Of a stretch of DNA of 64,000 bases, positions 28,031-36,429 are shown piece by piece. The stretch comes from an uncultured Actinomycetes bacterium (GTDB lineage Bacteria; Actinomycetota; Thermoleophilia; Gaiellales; JAICJC01). Within the stretch, counting starts at the first letter, position 1. The number at the start of each line of letters is the position of its first letter. The translations under genes and the position numbers were made by a program. A model generated the notes under the pieces. It made no database searches, was not told where the DNA came from, and was given only the letters and a program-made list of their open reading frames with translations. Location: the NCBI GenBank assembly GCA_963797175.1, contig CAWCOL010000009.1, forward strand, positions 588,585 through 652,584, read 5' to 3'.

Positions 28031-28305
28031 CAGGCGTAGCGTATCGTGCCCGCGGGGGCCTGCCCGCAAACTGCCCGGCGGCTCAGATCGCGGGCGCCGG
28101 CATCGGCGACGGCTCGGGGATCGGCAGGTCCGGGGACGGCGGCGCCGGATCGGGCTCGCTCGGCGGCGGCTCGGGCGTCGGCGGCGGCAGGTCGGGGTCG
28201 GCCGGCGTCGGTGTCTGGGGGAGTCGCAGTCGGATCATTCAGGGCGGCGTTCCCGCGCGGCCGCCGCGGCAAACACCGCGGTTCGGGCCGTTGGCCGGCG
28301 GGTAG

Positions 28306-28824
28306 ATGGAGCGGATGAGCGAGATGCGCGAAGGCAACGCGGACACGCCGGAGCGGGACGGAGAGACCGCCGACGAGCGGCACAACCGCCAGCTGGTCGA
28401 ACTGCTGAACGAGCTGCGGGTGGCGCTGCCCGGGGTGCAGATGCTGTTCGGGTTCCTGCTTGCCGTCCCGTTCTCGGCCCGGTTCGGCAGCGTCTCGCAC
28501 GCGGAGCGGACGGTCTTCTTCGTCACGTTCATCGCCGCGGCGCTGGCGTCCGCGTGCCTGATCGCGCCTGCCAGCTTCCACCGCATCGTCTGGCGCCGGG
28601 GGCAGAAGCAGCGGCTGCTGCACATCTCCAGCGGCCTCGCCATCGCCGGCACGGGCTTTCTGGCGGTCGCGATCTGCGGCTCCGTCGCCCTCGTCACCTC
28701 GCTGCTGTTCGGCGGCGGCGCTGCGGTGTTCGTGGCCGCCGTCGCCGCCGGCGTCCTCGCCGCCGTCTGGTTCGCATTGCCCCTCGCCTACCGGATCACG
28801 CGCAGACCCGGCGCGGACCTCTGA
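28306..28824 (+). CDS. DUF6328 family membrane protein
   Basis: It contains ETADERHNRQLVELLNELRVALPGVQMLFGFLLAVPFSARF followed by further TM helices. Confidence 0.7.
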   Translation: MERMSEMREGNADTPERDGETADERHNRQLVELLNELRVALPGVQMLFGFLLAVPFSARFGSVSHAERTVFFVTFIAAALASACLIAPASFHRIVWRRGQKQRLLHISSGLAIAGTGFLAVAICGSVALVTSLLFGGGAAVFVAAVAAGVLAAVWFALPLAYRITRRPGADL

Positions 28825-28869
28825 CATTCCGGCACAGACACTCGCGCCGGCCACTGGGATGGTGGATGG

Positions 28870-29601
28870 GTGGGTGCAACGCTCTACAAGGCGCGGGGTG
28901 TGCCCCCGAAGCGCGCGGTGTGCGCGATCTGCGTCGAGCGCACGCGCGGCCGCACCGAGCTGGTCGACCTCGGCCGCGGGGTCACGGTGTGGCTGTGCCC
29001 CGATCACGCCGGCGACGACTTCCGGAGGCGGCGGAGCGGTCGCGACTTCGCGCTCACGCTGCACCGCCTGTGGAGCGCGCACGGCTGCCTCACCCGCACG
29101 CGCAGCCGAGCGCTCACCGATCACCTCGACATGCTGCGCGGGAGCGGCCCGCCGGGCCGAGGGAGGCCGGGCTCCTACTCCTGGCGCTCCCTGCGAACGG
29201 AGGCCGAGGCCCGCTTCGCCGCGGGCGAGCCGACCACCCAGGTGATCGCCGAACTCCGCGCCCGACACCGGGGCGACTACGCCACCGTCCCCAGCATCCG
29301 CACCATGCGCCGCTGGTACACCCAACGCCGCTGGCTCCAGCTCCCTTCCGCTGAGCCGAAGAGCAGCGACAAGGGCACGAACGACGCCCCTCCATCGGCG
29401 TCCGGTGCTCCCACGGCTGTCCCACCACCCGCGGACGCACCGTCGGGGAGCTCGATCGTTCGTGCGGCGGGATTGTCACTTGACCGACCGCACCCCGGCC
29501 AAGTGGCAATCACCCCCTCGACCACCTCCGAGCCTCCAGGAGGGGATGTGCAGTCCGGAATCCCGTCCTCGAACACCAGACCGCCGCCCGACCAGCGATA
29601 G
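28870..29601 (+). CDS. hypothetical protein, N-terminal Cys-rich (zinc-ribbon-like) region and Pro/Ser-rich tail
   Basis: 243-aa ORF with CAIC..(22 aa)..CPDH near the N-terminus. The last 80 aa or so are low-complexity. No family recognised. Confidence 0.45.
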   Translation: MGATLYKARGVPPKRAVCAICVERTRGRTELVDLGRGVTVWLCPDHAGDDFRRRRSGRDFALTLHRLWSAHGCLTRTRSRALTDHLDMLRGSGPPGRGRPGSYSWRSLRTEAEARFAAGEPTTQVIAELRARHRGDYATVPSIRTMRRWYTQRRWLQLPSAEPKSSDKGTNDAPPSASGAPTAVPPPADAPSGSSIVRAAGLSLDRPHPGQVAITPSTTSEPPGGDVQSGIPSSNTRPPPDQR

Positions 29602-29625
29602 GACGAGGACACGAACCGGTTCGGC

Positions 29626-29665
29626 GCGTCGGGCCGGGCCCCCCGGGCCAGGCCCGGCCCGACGC
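29626..29665. terminator. strong hairpin between convergent genes
   Basis: GCGTCGGGCCGGGCC (29626-29640) pairs with GGCCCGGCCCGACGC (29651-29665), a perfect 15-bp stem with a 10-nt loop. It is preceded by the palindrome GAACCGGTTC. Confidence 0.65.
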
Positions 29666-29784
29666 ACGAGAGCGCCCGGCGGAGATGTACCGTCAAACTA
29701 TGGCCGACGATCCCGCGTCGAACGAGTCCGTCGGAGCGAGGATCGGTTCGAGTGCCAGGAGTGTCATGGGACGACTCACCCGCG

Positions 29785-30177
29785 CTACATGCAGCTGCTG
29801 CCGCTCGTCGCGGAGCAGACCGCTGCTGCCGGGAGGAGCAGGACGGCGTACCACACGCCGATCATGAGCAGCGACGCACCCGCGAGGGCAACCGCTCGAA
29901 GCACGCGATAGCCCGTCAGCAACCCGAGAACGAACGCCGCCAACGGTGGGATCGATATCACCGTCCACACCAAGAGGCGATCGCGCGATACGCCGGGGTT
30001 CGTGATGCCATCGGCGAATACCGCGAGCACAACCAGAGCAGGGATCAGGCCGAGCGACGCGGCCAGCACGGAACGGCGACCCAATCGTTCATCGAGCATC
30101 CACTCAGTGTCGGCATCTGCCGGGCGGATCGTGACTTGGCGACGAGCGCGGCACCGAAGGACACGAGACGCGAGCAA
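29785..30177 (-). CDS. hypothetical membrane protein
   Basis: 130-aa ORF with three hydrophobic segments. The start may be the internal ATG at 30099 (MLDERLG..). No family recognised. Confidence 0.4.
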   Translation of the reverse strand: MLASRVLRCRARRQVTIRPADADTEWMLDERLGRRSVLAASLGLIPALVVLAVFADGITNPGVSRDRLLVWTVISIPPLAAFVLGLLTGYRVLRAVALAGASLLMIGVWYAVLLLPAAAVCSATSGSSCM

Positions 30178-30284
30178 TGCTCCAAGACGGACGACGCAGG
30201 TTTCCCCTCCCCACCTGTCGGGAATACTTGAGCGGTAAAGCAGTTTTGGATCCAGTCGGATCCGCCAGTCCCGGGAGGCACGAG

Positions 30285-30791
30285 ATGCTGCGCACGATTC
30301 TGCGAGTGACGATAGGGGTGCTGTTCATCGGCCACGGCACCCAGAAGCTGTTCGGCTGGTTCGGCGGCAGCGGGCTGGACGCGACGGCCGACGGATTCGA
30401 GAACCTCGGCCTGCACCCCGGCCGCGAGAACGCGATCGCGGGCGGCACGGCGGAGGCAGTGGGTGGCGCGCTGCTGGCGGCCGGGCTTGCGACACCGCTC
30501 GCCGTCGGAGCGCTGATCAGCGTGATGGTCACGGCCATCCGCACGGTGCACCTGAAGAACGGCGTCTGGACCACGAACGGCGGCTACGAGTACAACCTCG
30601 TCATCATCGCCGCCCTGCTCACCCTGGCCGAGGCGGGCCCGGGACCGGTCTCGATCGATGCGCTGATCGGCCAGGACACGGGCTCGTCGCTGCGCGCGCT
30701 GGGCCTCGCCGCGCTGGGCGCGGGCGCGTCGGCGGCCGCCATCGAGCGCGCCCGCCGGGTCGAGCCGGCACTGGTCCACTCCGGATCGTGA
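30285..30791 (+). CDS. DoxX family membrane protein
   Basis: The ATG at 30285 follows GGGAGG. It starts MLRTILRVTIGVLFIGHGTQKLFGWFGG, the typical DoxX opening. Confidence 0.85.
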   Translation: MLRTILRVTIGVLFIGHGTQKLFGWFGGSGLDATADGFENLGLHPGRENAIAGGTAEAVGGALLAAGLATPLAVGALISVMVTAIRTVHLKNGVWTTNGGYEYNLVIIAALLTLAEAGPGPVSIDALIGQDTGSSLRALGLAALGAGASAAAIERARRVEPALVHSGS

Positions 30792-30945
30792 GGGCCCTCA
30801 CGCGGTATCCCCACCGCCGGTGAGGCGCATCACTCTGCCCCAAACTGCCGCCACCGACCCTGCGTAGTCGCTGCCCGAGGGACGCCGTGCGGTCCGCCCG
30901 AGCGGGGGTGGCACGGGTCCGAAACGGCAAGGCAGGGGGTACGGG

Positions 30946-31764
30946 ATGACCGACCGACTCGCAACCGCAGGCTCGCAGACGAGCGCCGAGCTGCTGCAGG
31001 TGATGTCCCGCCGATCGCTGCTTCGCAGCGGCGCGCTGGCCGGCGGCCTGGCCGTGGCCGGCACGATGCTCGGCGAGAGCGTCGCCAAGGGCAGCACGGG
31101 CGTCACGCCGGCGGCGAAGATCTTCCAGATCACGCAGACCGCGGAGCAGCTGGCCGTGACGCTCTACAGCCACGGCGTGCAGAACGGCCTCGGCCTCGCG
31201 GACGACGATCTCGACTACTTCAAGGCCGCGGCGATCCACGAGCAGATCCACCAGCGCTTCTTCGCGACCCTGACCGGCGTCGAGGTGCAACCGGCCACGC
31301 ACTTCAGCTTCCCGGCCGGCCCGTCCACGTTCACCGACCTGCGCACGTTCATCATCGCCCAGCAGCACCTCGAGGGCGTCTTCGACACGGCGTTCCTGGC
31401 GGCTGTCCGCGAACTGGCCGCACAGGGCCGGTCGCGAGACGCGCAGATCATGGCCCAGATCGCCTGCAACGAGGCTGAGCACCGGGTGCTCGCGCGCGAG
31501 ATCGCGGCCTCCTCCGGGTTCGCCCAGCTGCCCAACATCAACCCGGGCGGCAGCGGCACCGTCCCCACCAGCCCGCCCGACAACTGGGGCTTCACCCCGG
31601 TGTTCTTCCACACGACGCCCCAGGTCGTGGACCTCGTCAAGGCGGACGGGTTCATGAGCCCACGGCCGGGCAACGACTTCGTCTACGCGCCGATCAACTT
31701 CCGTGGCGAGGTCTACGGCGACGTGTTCGAGCGCATCACCTTCAGGACGCCCTTCGCGGCCTGA
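30946..31764 (+). CDS. Tat-exported ferritin-like domain protein
   Basis: Twin-arginine signal SRRSLLRSGALAGGLAVAG. The ferritin-like helices include EQLAVTLYSHG, AAAIHEQIH, QQHLEG and CNEAEHR. Confidence 0.75.
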   Translation: MTDRLATAGSQTSAELLQVMSRRSLLRSGALAGGLAVAGTMLGESVAKGSTGVTPAAKIFQITQTAEQLAVTLYSHGVQNGLGLADDDLDYFKAAAIHEQIHQRFFATLTGVEVQPATHFSFPAGPSTFTDLRTFIIAQQHLEGVFDTAFLAAVRELAAQGRSRDAQIMAQIACNEAEHRVLAREIAASSGFAQLPNINPGGSGTVPTSPPDNWGFTPVFFHTTPQVVDLVKADGFMSPRPGNDFVYAPINFRGEVYGDVFERITFRTPFAA

Positions 31765-31793
31765 CGGCGAAGGCGGGGGTGCTGAAGCCAGTC

Positions 31794-33977
31794 TCAGCGC
31801 CCCCGCTCCGCCGGCACCTGGCGGCTCCAGCCGGGGCGGCCGGGCCAGCCGCTTAGCCCGCCCAGCACGGCGATCACGCCGGGGGCGAGCAGCGAGCGGA
31901 CGACGTACGTCTCGATCACGATCCCGCTCACCATCGCGACGGCGAGCTCGAGGAACGAGCGGATCGGGATCACGGCGAGCAGGGCGAAGCTGGCTGCCAG
32001 CGACATGCCGGCGGCGCGGATCGCCCGCGACGTCCGCGGCGCCGAGATCGCAATCGCGTCGCGCAGCGGCCGGCGGCCGGCCTCCTGCCAGATCCGGCCG
32101 GTCACCAGCACGTTGTAGTCGGAGCTGAGCGAGACCAGCAGCACGGCCGCCGCGAACGGCACGTAGTAGGTGATGTCGGGGTAGCCGAGCACGGTCTGGA
32201 ACAGCCAGGTCGTCAGACCCAGCGCGGCACCGACGCTGAGCACCGTCACCGCCAGCAGCAGCACCGGCGTGACCAGCGCCCGCATGAACGCGATCAGCAG
32301 CAGCAGGTTCACCAGCAGCACCGCGCCGATGACACGGACGGCGTCGCCGCGCACGGCGTCCACCGCGGCCCGTGCGAGCGGGGTCTGACCCGCGAACGCG
32401 ACGTGATCGCCACCCATCCCGGCGTCGTCCAGGAGCCCCGGCATGCTGTCCTCGAGCCGTCGCAGGTCCTCGATGCCGGACGCCCCCAGCGGGTCGTGCT
32501 CGCCGATCATCAGGTAGCGGGCGGCTCGCCCGTCGGCCGTGACGAAGACGCGGGGCCCGCCCGGAGCCGGCTGGTCGGCCGGGCCGGCGACTCCGGCGTA
32601 GCCCGGCTGCGAGCCGAGCGCGTGCTGGAGCCGGGCCAGGCTGAGCGGGTCGAGCGGCGAGTCGTTGCCGCTCTGGACATCGACCTCGACCGGCCCCAGG
32701 ATCCCCGGTGCGAACCCCCGGCCGGCGGCGTCGGCGGCCGAGCGCGCCTCGCTGCTCGCCGGCAGCCCGCTGATCGCGTCGATGCCGACCCGCATGTGGA
32801 ACGCCTGGTAGGCGCCGACCGCGAGCACCGCGAGGCAGACGATGCTGATGGCGAGCGCTCCCGGCCGGCCGGCAGCGCCGTAGGCGAAGCGCTCGCGTAG
32901 GCGGCGGCCCTGGCCGGCGCCGGCCGCAGGGGTGTGCGAGGGCCACACCGCCGCGCGCCCCAGCAGCGCAAGCAGGGCGGGCACGAAGACGAGGCAGACA
33001 ATCATCGCGATCAGGACGGTGATCGCGAGCACCGGCCCCAGGTTGCGGAAGAAATCGACCGAGGCGGTGCGCAGCGCGACCAGCGAGACCGACAGGATGA
33101 CGCCGCCGGTGAACACGATCGGCGCCACGGCCGCGGCCGCCGCCTGGGCGCAGTCGGCGGGCGATCCACCGGCATGGAGGCGGTCGCGGAAGTCGCTCAG
33201 AAAGAAGACGGTGTAGTCGGTGACCACGCCGAGCAGCAGGGCCACCACCAGCGGCTCGATCGCCTGCGGCAGCGTCAGGTCGAGCCGGCTCGCGGCCTCG
33301 CCCAGCCCCCACAGCGCGATCGCGAAGGTGACGCCGACCGTCGCCAGCGTGGCCAGGGCGGCGCCGGGCGAGCGGAACGTGAGCAGGATGATGAGCCCGA
33401 TCGCCGCCAGCGTGAGCGCCTCGATCAGGCCCAGCCGGTCGAGGATCAGCCGCCCCTGCTCGAGCTGGGCCGGCGTCACACCGGTGATGCCGTTGGTGCC
33501 GCCCGGCGGGTGCGGCAGCACCTGCGCATAGTCCTTCGCCAGCCGCTCGCGATCGACCTGGAGCACACTGGGGTCGAAGGCGAGGTACGTGATCGCCGTG
33601 GTGCCCGTCTCCCGCGATCCGGGGACGACGCCGCTGACGTTCAGGATCGGCAGGGCGAACCGCACGCCGGCCGGGTCCTGATGGCCGTCGGTCGTGCGCG
33701 CCTGGCCGGCGATCGCCTGCACCTGCGCCGCGCCGAGGCGGTTCGGGTCGCGGACGACGACGGCAGTGTCGGTGCCCGCTGGGAAGCCGAACAGGCGTGC
33801 CGAGTTCGCCTCGGCCTTCAGCGCCGGCGCGTCCTTCGGCACCAGGTCGAGCACCGGGCCGTCGGTCTGGAACTGCTGTGCGTGGAATCCGCACCAGACG
33901 GCGGCCGCGACCACCGCGGGCACGACCAGCCAGCGGCCACGCACGACGACGGCGGCAAGCACGCGCGCGAGCGACAC
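31794..33977 (-). CDS. MMPL family (RND superfamily) transporter
   Basis: 727 aa with two bundles of TM helices and periplasmic loops. It contains VVTDYTVFFLSDFR and SSDYNVLVTGRI motifs. Confidence 0.88.
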   Translation of the reverse strand: MSLARVLAAVVVRGRWLVVPAVVAAAVWCGFHAQQFQTDGPVLDLVPKDAPALKAEANSARLFGFPAGTDTAVVVRDPNRLGAAQVQAIAGQARTTDGHQDPAGVRFALPILNVSGVVPGSRETGTTAITYLAFDPSVLQVDRERLAKDYAQVLPHPPGGTNGITGVTPAQLEQGRLILDRLGLIEALTLAAIGLIILLTFRSPGAALATLATVGVTFAIALWGLGEAASRLDLTLPQAIEPLVVALLLGVVTDYTVFFLSDFRDRLHAGGSPADCAQAAAAAVAPIVFTGGVILSVSLVALRTASVDFFRNLGPVLAITVLIAMIVCLVFVPALLALLGRAAVWPSHTPAAGAGQGRRLRERFAYGAAGRPGALAISIVCLAVLAVGAYQAFHMRVGIDAISGLPASSEARSAADAAGRGFAPGILGPVEVDVQSGNDSPLDPLSLARLQHALGSQPGYAGVAGPADQPAPGGPRVFVTADGRAARYLMIGEHDPLGASGIEDLRRLEDSMPGLLDDAGMGGDHVAFAGQTPLARAAVDAVRGDAVRVIGAVLLVNLLLLIAFMRALVTPVLLLAVTVLSVGAALGLTTWLFQTVLGYPDITYYVPFAAAVLLVSLSSDYNVLVTGRIWQEAGRRPLRDAIAISAPRTSRAIRAAGMSLAASFALLAVIPIRSFLELAVAMVSGIVIETYVVRSLLAPGVIAVLGGLSGWPGRPGWSRQVPAERGR

Positions 33978-34086
33978 CGGAGCGGTGGGCTGGCTGCTCG
34001 TCGCTCATCCGGCGCCTGTGCCCGTCGCGTCCACCGGGTAAACACCGGGGCGTTTGCCGCGAGGGCCGGAGGGGCACGGGCCGGGC

Positions 34087-34494
34087 ATGGCACAGACAGA
34101 CCGACACGACATCGTTCCCGGGACCAGCGGGGGCGCGCGGGCGCCCATCGTCGACGACCCGCCGCGCCGGCGCCACCGCCGGATGGCGACCATCCTCGGC
34201 GGCACGCTGACGGGCTTTCTGATCGGCGCCGTCGCGGTGCTGCTGATCGACCGCGCCCGCTACAGCGGCGACGCCGGCGACCCGAAGACGTGGATCTTCG
34301 GCCTGCCCATGCTGCTGGCGATCGCCGGCACCGTGATCGGCGCCGTGCTGGATGGCATGCGCAACGTCGAGGACGTGGACGCGCCGGTGCGGCTGCGGCG
34401 CTTCGAGCGCCAGGGCCGCGCCGCCACCAGCGTCGAGGGCCAGACGCCGGGCTCGTCGGTGCCGCCGGTGTACGAGGACGACGGGACCGGCTAG
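34087..34494 (+). CDS. hypothetical membrane protein
   Basis: ATG at 34087 (MAQTDRHD..) and two TM helices (ILGGTLTGFLIGAVAVLLI, IFGLPMLLAIAGTVIGAVL). No family recognised. Confidence 0.5.
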   Translation: MAQTDRHDIVPGTSGGARAPIVDDPPRRRHRRMATILGGTLTGFLIGAVAVLLIDRARYSGDAGDPKTWIFGLPMLLAIAGTVIGAVLDGMRNVEDVDAPVRLRRFERQGRAATSVEGQTPGSSVPPVYEDDGTG

Positions 34495-34511
34495 CGCCGC
34501 TACGCACATCC

Positions 34512-34535
34512 GCGTTACGCAATCTTGCGTTACGC
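34512..34535. promoter_or_regulatory. direct repeat / palindrome upstream of the ATPase gene
   Basis: GCGTTACGC occurs at 34512-34520 and 34527-34535. The inverted repeat ACGCAA-tc-TTGCGT at 34517-34530 lies in a locally AT-richer stretch 25 nt before the start at 34560. Confidence 0.4.
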
Positions 34536-34559
34536 CGAGCTGCGTGACATACTGCGACC

Positions 34560-35702
34560 GTGGCCGACCGCAACCCGTTCCGCTACGGCGACCTGGCGTT
34601 GGACGAGAGCTTCACCGACCGCGAGCTGGAGCTGGCGGAGCTCCGGGCCGACGCGCTGAACGGCCAGAACGTCGTCGTGTTCGCCCCGCGCCGGTACGGC
34701 AAGTCGTCGCTGGTCTGGCGGCTCTCACAGCAACTCGTCCGCAAGCGCGTACTGGTCGCCCAGGTCGACCTGATGCGCGCGCCCACCCGCGAGCGGCTGG
34801 CCGAGAAGCTGGCGCAGGCGATCCACGAGCAGATCGCGTCGCCGCTGTTCCGTGCGCGGGAGCGGCTGCGGGTGTTCCAGGGCCTGCGGATCTCGCCCAC
34901 CATCACGGTCGATCCGGCCGACGGCAGCGTCGGGTTCGCGTTCCGCGCCGGGCACGCGCCGGAGGACCTGGACGCAACGCTGGAGCGGCTGCTCGAGCTG
35001 CCGGCCCAGCTCGCCGCCGAGCGCGGCCGCCGGGTGGTGATGGTGTTCGACGAGTTCCAGGAGGTCGTCGAGATCGACCCCGGCCTGCCGGCCCTGATGC
35101 GCGCAATCTTCCAGGCCCAGCCCGAGGTCGCGCACATCTACCTGGGCAGCAAGCGGCACATGATCGAGCGGCTGTTCAACGACCGCAACGAGCCGTTCTG
35201 GCGCAGCGCCAAGCAGCTCGAGCTGGGCGTGATCGAGCCGGCGGCGTTCCGGCCGTGGATCGACGACCGGCTGCGGCTGACGGATCGTTCGATCACCGAG
35301 GGCGCGATGGACGACCTGCTGGCGCTGACCGGCGGGCATCCCTACGCCACGCAGGAGCTCTGCTACTTCCTGTGGGAGGAGCTGGCGGGCGGCGCGGTCG
35401 CCGGCCCGGCCGACGTGGATGCGGCGCTGGCGCGCGTGCTCCAGTCCGAGAACGCGCACTTCAGCCGCGTGTGGGAGAAGGCGTCGCGGGTGCAGCGGGT
35501 GAGCCTCCAGGCGCTCGCCCGCGAGCCGGGCCGGCCGCTGGCGGCCGCGTACCGCGGGCGCCACGGGCTGCCGGCCGCCTCGTCGGTGCAGCGGGCGGTC
35601 GAGGCGCTGGAGACCGACGAGCTGATCGGCCGCGGCGCCGACGGGCTCTACCGCATCACCGAGCCGTTCCTGGCCGCCTGGGTGCGCCGCTTCGGCTCGT
35701 GA
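34560..35702 (+). CDS. AAA-type ATP-binding protein (Arch_ATPase / ORC-Cdc6-like)
   Basis: It opens NPFRYGDLALDESFTDRELELAEL. It has Walker A-like APRRYGKSSL, Walker B VVMVFDEFQEV and a C-terminal winged-helix-like tail. Confidence 0.75.
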   Translation: MADRNPFRYGDLALDESFTDRELELAELRADALNGQNVVVFAPRRYGKSSLVWRLSQQLVRKRVLVAQVDLMRAPTRERLAEKLAQAIHEQIASPLFRARERLRVFQGLRISPTITVDPADGSVGFAFRAGHAPEDLDATLERLLELPAQLAAERGRRVVMVFDEFQEVVEIDPGLPALMRAIFQAQPEVAHIYLGSKRHMIERLFNDRNEPFWRSAKQLELGVIEPAAFRPWIDDRLRLTDRSITEGAMDDLLALTGGHPYATQELCYFLWEELAGGAVAGPADVDAALARVLQSENAHFSRVWEKASRVQRVSLQALAREPGRPLAAAYRGRHGLPAASSVQRAVEALETDELIGRGADGLYRITEPFLAAWVRRFGS

Positions 35703-35705
35703 GGG

Positions 35706-36035
35706 TCAGCGTGCCGCCGGCTCCGGGCCGGGCACGTGCGCGAGCACCTCGAAGTGGTCGGCGTGACGGTCGCGCTCGACCAGGTAGTGGTCGTCCTCGG
35801 GGTAGAAGACCGCCACCTCCGGGTCGTCGCCGGCGAAGCCACGGACGGCGTCCATCGAGTCCCACAGCGTGAACATCAGGAAGCGCGTCAGCGATCCCTC
35901 GTCCTGCGCGAGCATCCAGACGCCGCGGTTGCCGGCCGTCGCCGCGTACTCGGCGACGCCGGTCTGCTCGAGGTAGCGGGCGTAGGCATCTCGGTCGTCG
36001 CGGCGCACGGCGCCTCGCCAGGTTCGGGCGATCAT
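35706..36035 (-). CDS. ABM-like (antibiotic biosynthesis monooxygenase superfamily) protein
   Basis: 109 aa from the ATG at 36035 (MIARTWRGAVRRDDRDAYARYLEQTGV..FLMFTLWDSMDAVRGFAGDD). Confidence 0.6.
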   Translation of the reverse strand: MIARTWRGAVRRDDRDAYARYLEQTGVAEYAATAGNRGVWMLAQDEGSLTRFLMFTLWDSMDAVRGFAGDDPEVAVFYPEDDHYLVERDRHADHFEVLAHVPGPEPAAR

Positions 36036-36055
36036 GGCGGCTCCAATCGTTCGAG

Positions 36056-36297
36056 GTCTCGGCACGGCGGAGTCTGCCACTTCGAGGGCCGCCGTCCGGT
36101 GTCCGGCACCAGGTCTGGCACCGTACCGGGCCCCAGTCGCAACGGATCCGGAGCTCCGTGACGGTCAGATGGGGAAGGTGTGACGGTCCAGGTCGGCGAG
36201 ATTCCGCGTAACCATCGGGTGTCGAGAGGGTGTCCGGCACGGGGTCTGGCACCGTGCCAGACCCCCATCACAGCCGGCCCGGAACGCCGTGACGGTC
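36056..36297. repeat. repeat-dense intergenic region (37-nt direct repeat, 25-nt perfect palindrome, reiterated 9-mers)
   Basis: 37-nt copies lie at 36098-36134 and 36229-36265 (32/37 identical). The palindrome GGGGTCTGGCAC-c-GTGCCAGACCCC lies at 36241-36265. A GTCYGGCAC-like motif occurs 6 times, and GTGACGGTC occurs 3 times (36158, 36180, 36289). Confidence 0.8.
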
Positions 36298-36429
36298 CGG
36301 GGTGAAAGGCGCCACACACTCGGCGCGAGGCATGGATGAGAACGCCCGCCTCGAACGTCGGGTTAACCGCACCTCCGAACCCCGGGCACCTCCACCGCGA
36401 GCGGCCCCGGTCGCTGCGACGCTCCGTCT

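Noticed and set aside
28083-28238. 51-aa Pro-rich ORF (MIRLRLPQTPTPADPDLPPPTPEPPPSEPDPAPPSPDLPIPEPSPMPAPAI) upstream of the holin-like gene
   Set aside because: It has good third-position bias, but no Shine-Dalgarno and no hydrophobic or structured segment. The CCG/GCC-rich repeats could give this by chance. I keep it only as a low-probability candidate.
30619-34509. 1296-aa minus-strand ORF spanning the DoxX, ferritin-like and MMPL genes
   Set aside because: It is an off-frame or antisense read-through of three genes with recognisable products. The translation is Arg/Ala/Gly/Pro-rich with no motifs.
36113-36262. TGGCAC motifs as sigma54 -24 elements
   Set aside because: No TTGC -12 element follows at the required 4-5-nt spacing. 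No sigma54 activator (EBP) gene is nearby, and this type of high-GC Gram-positive genome generally lacks RpoN.
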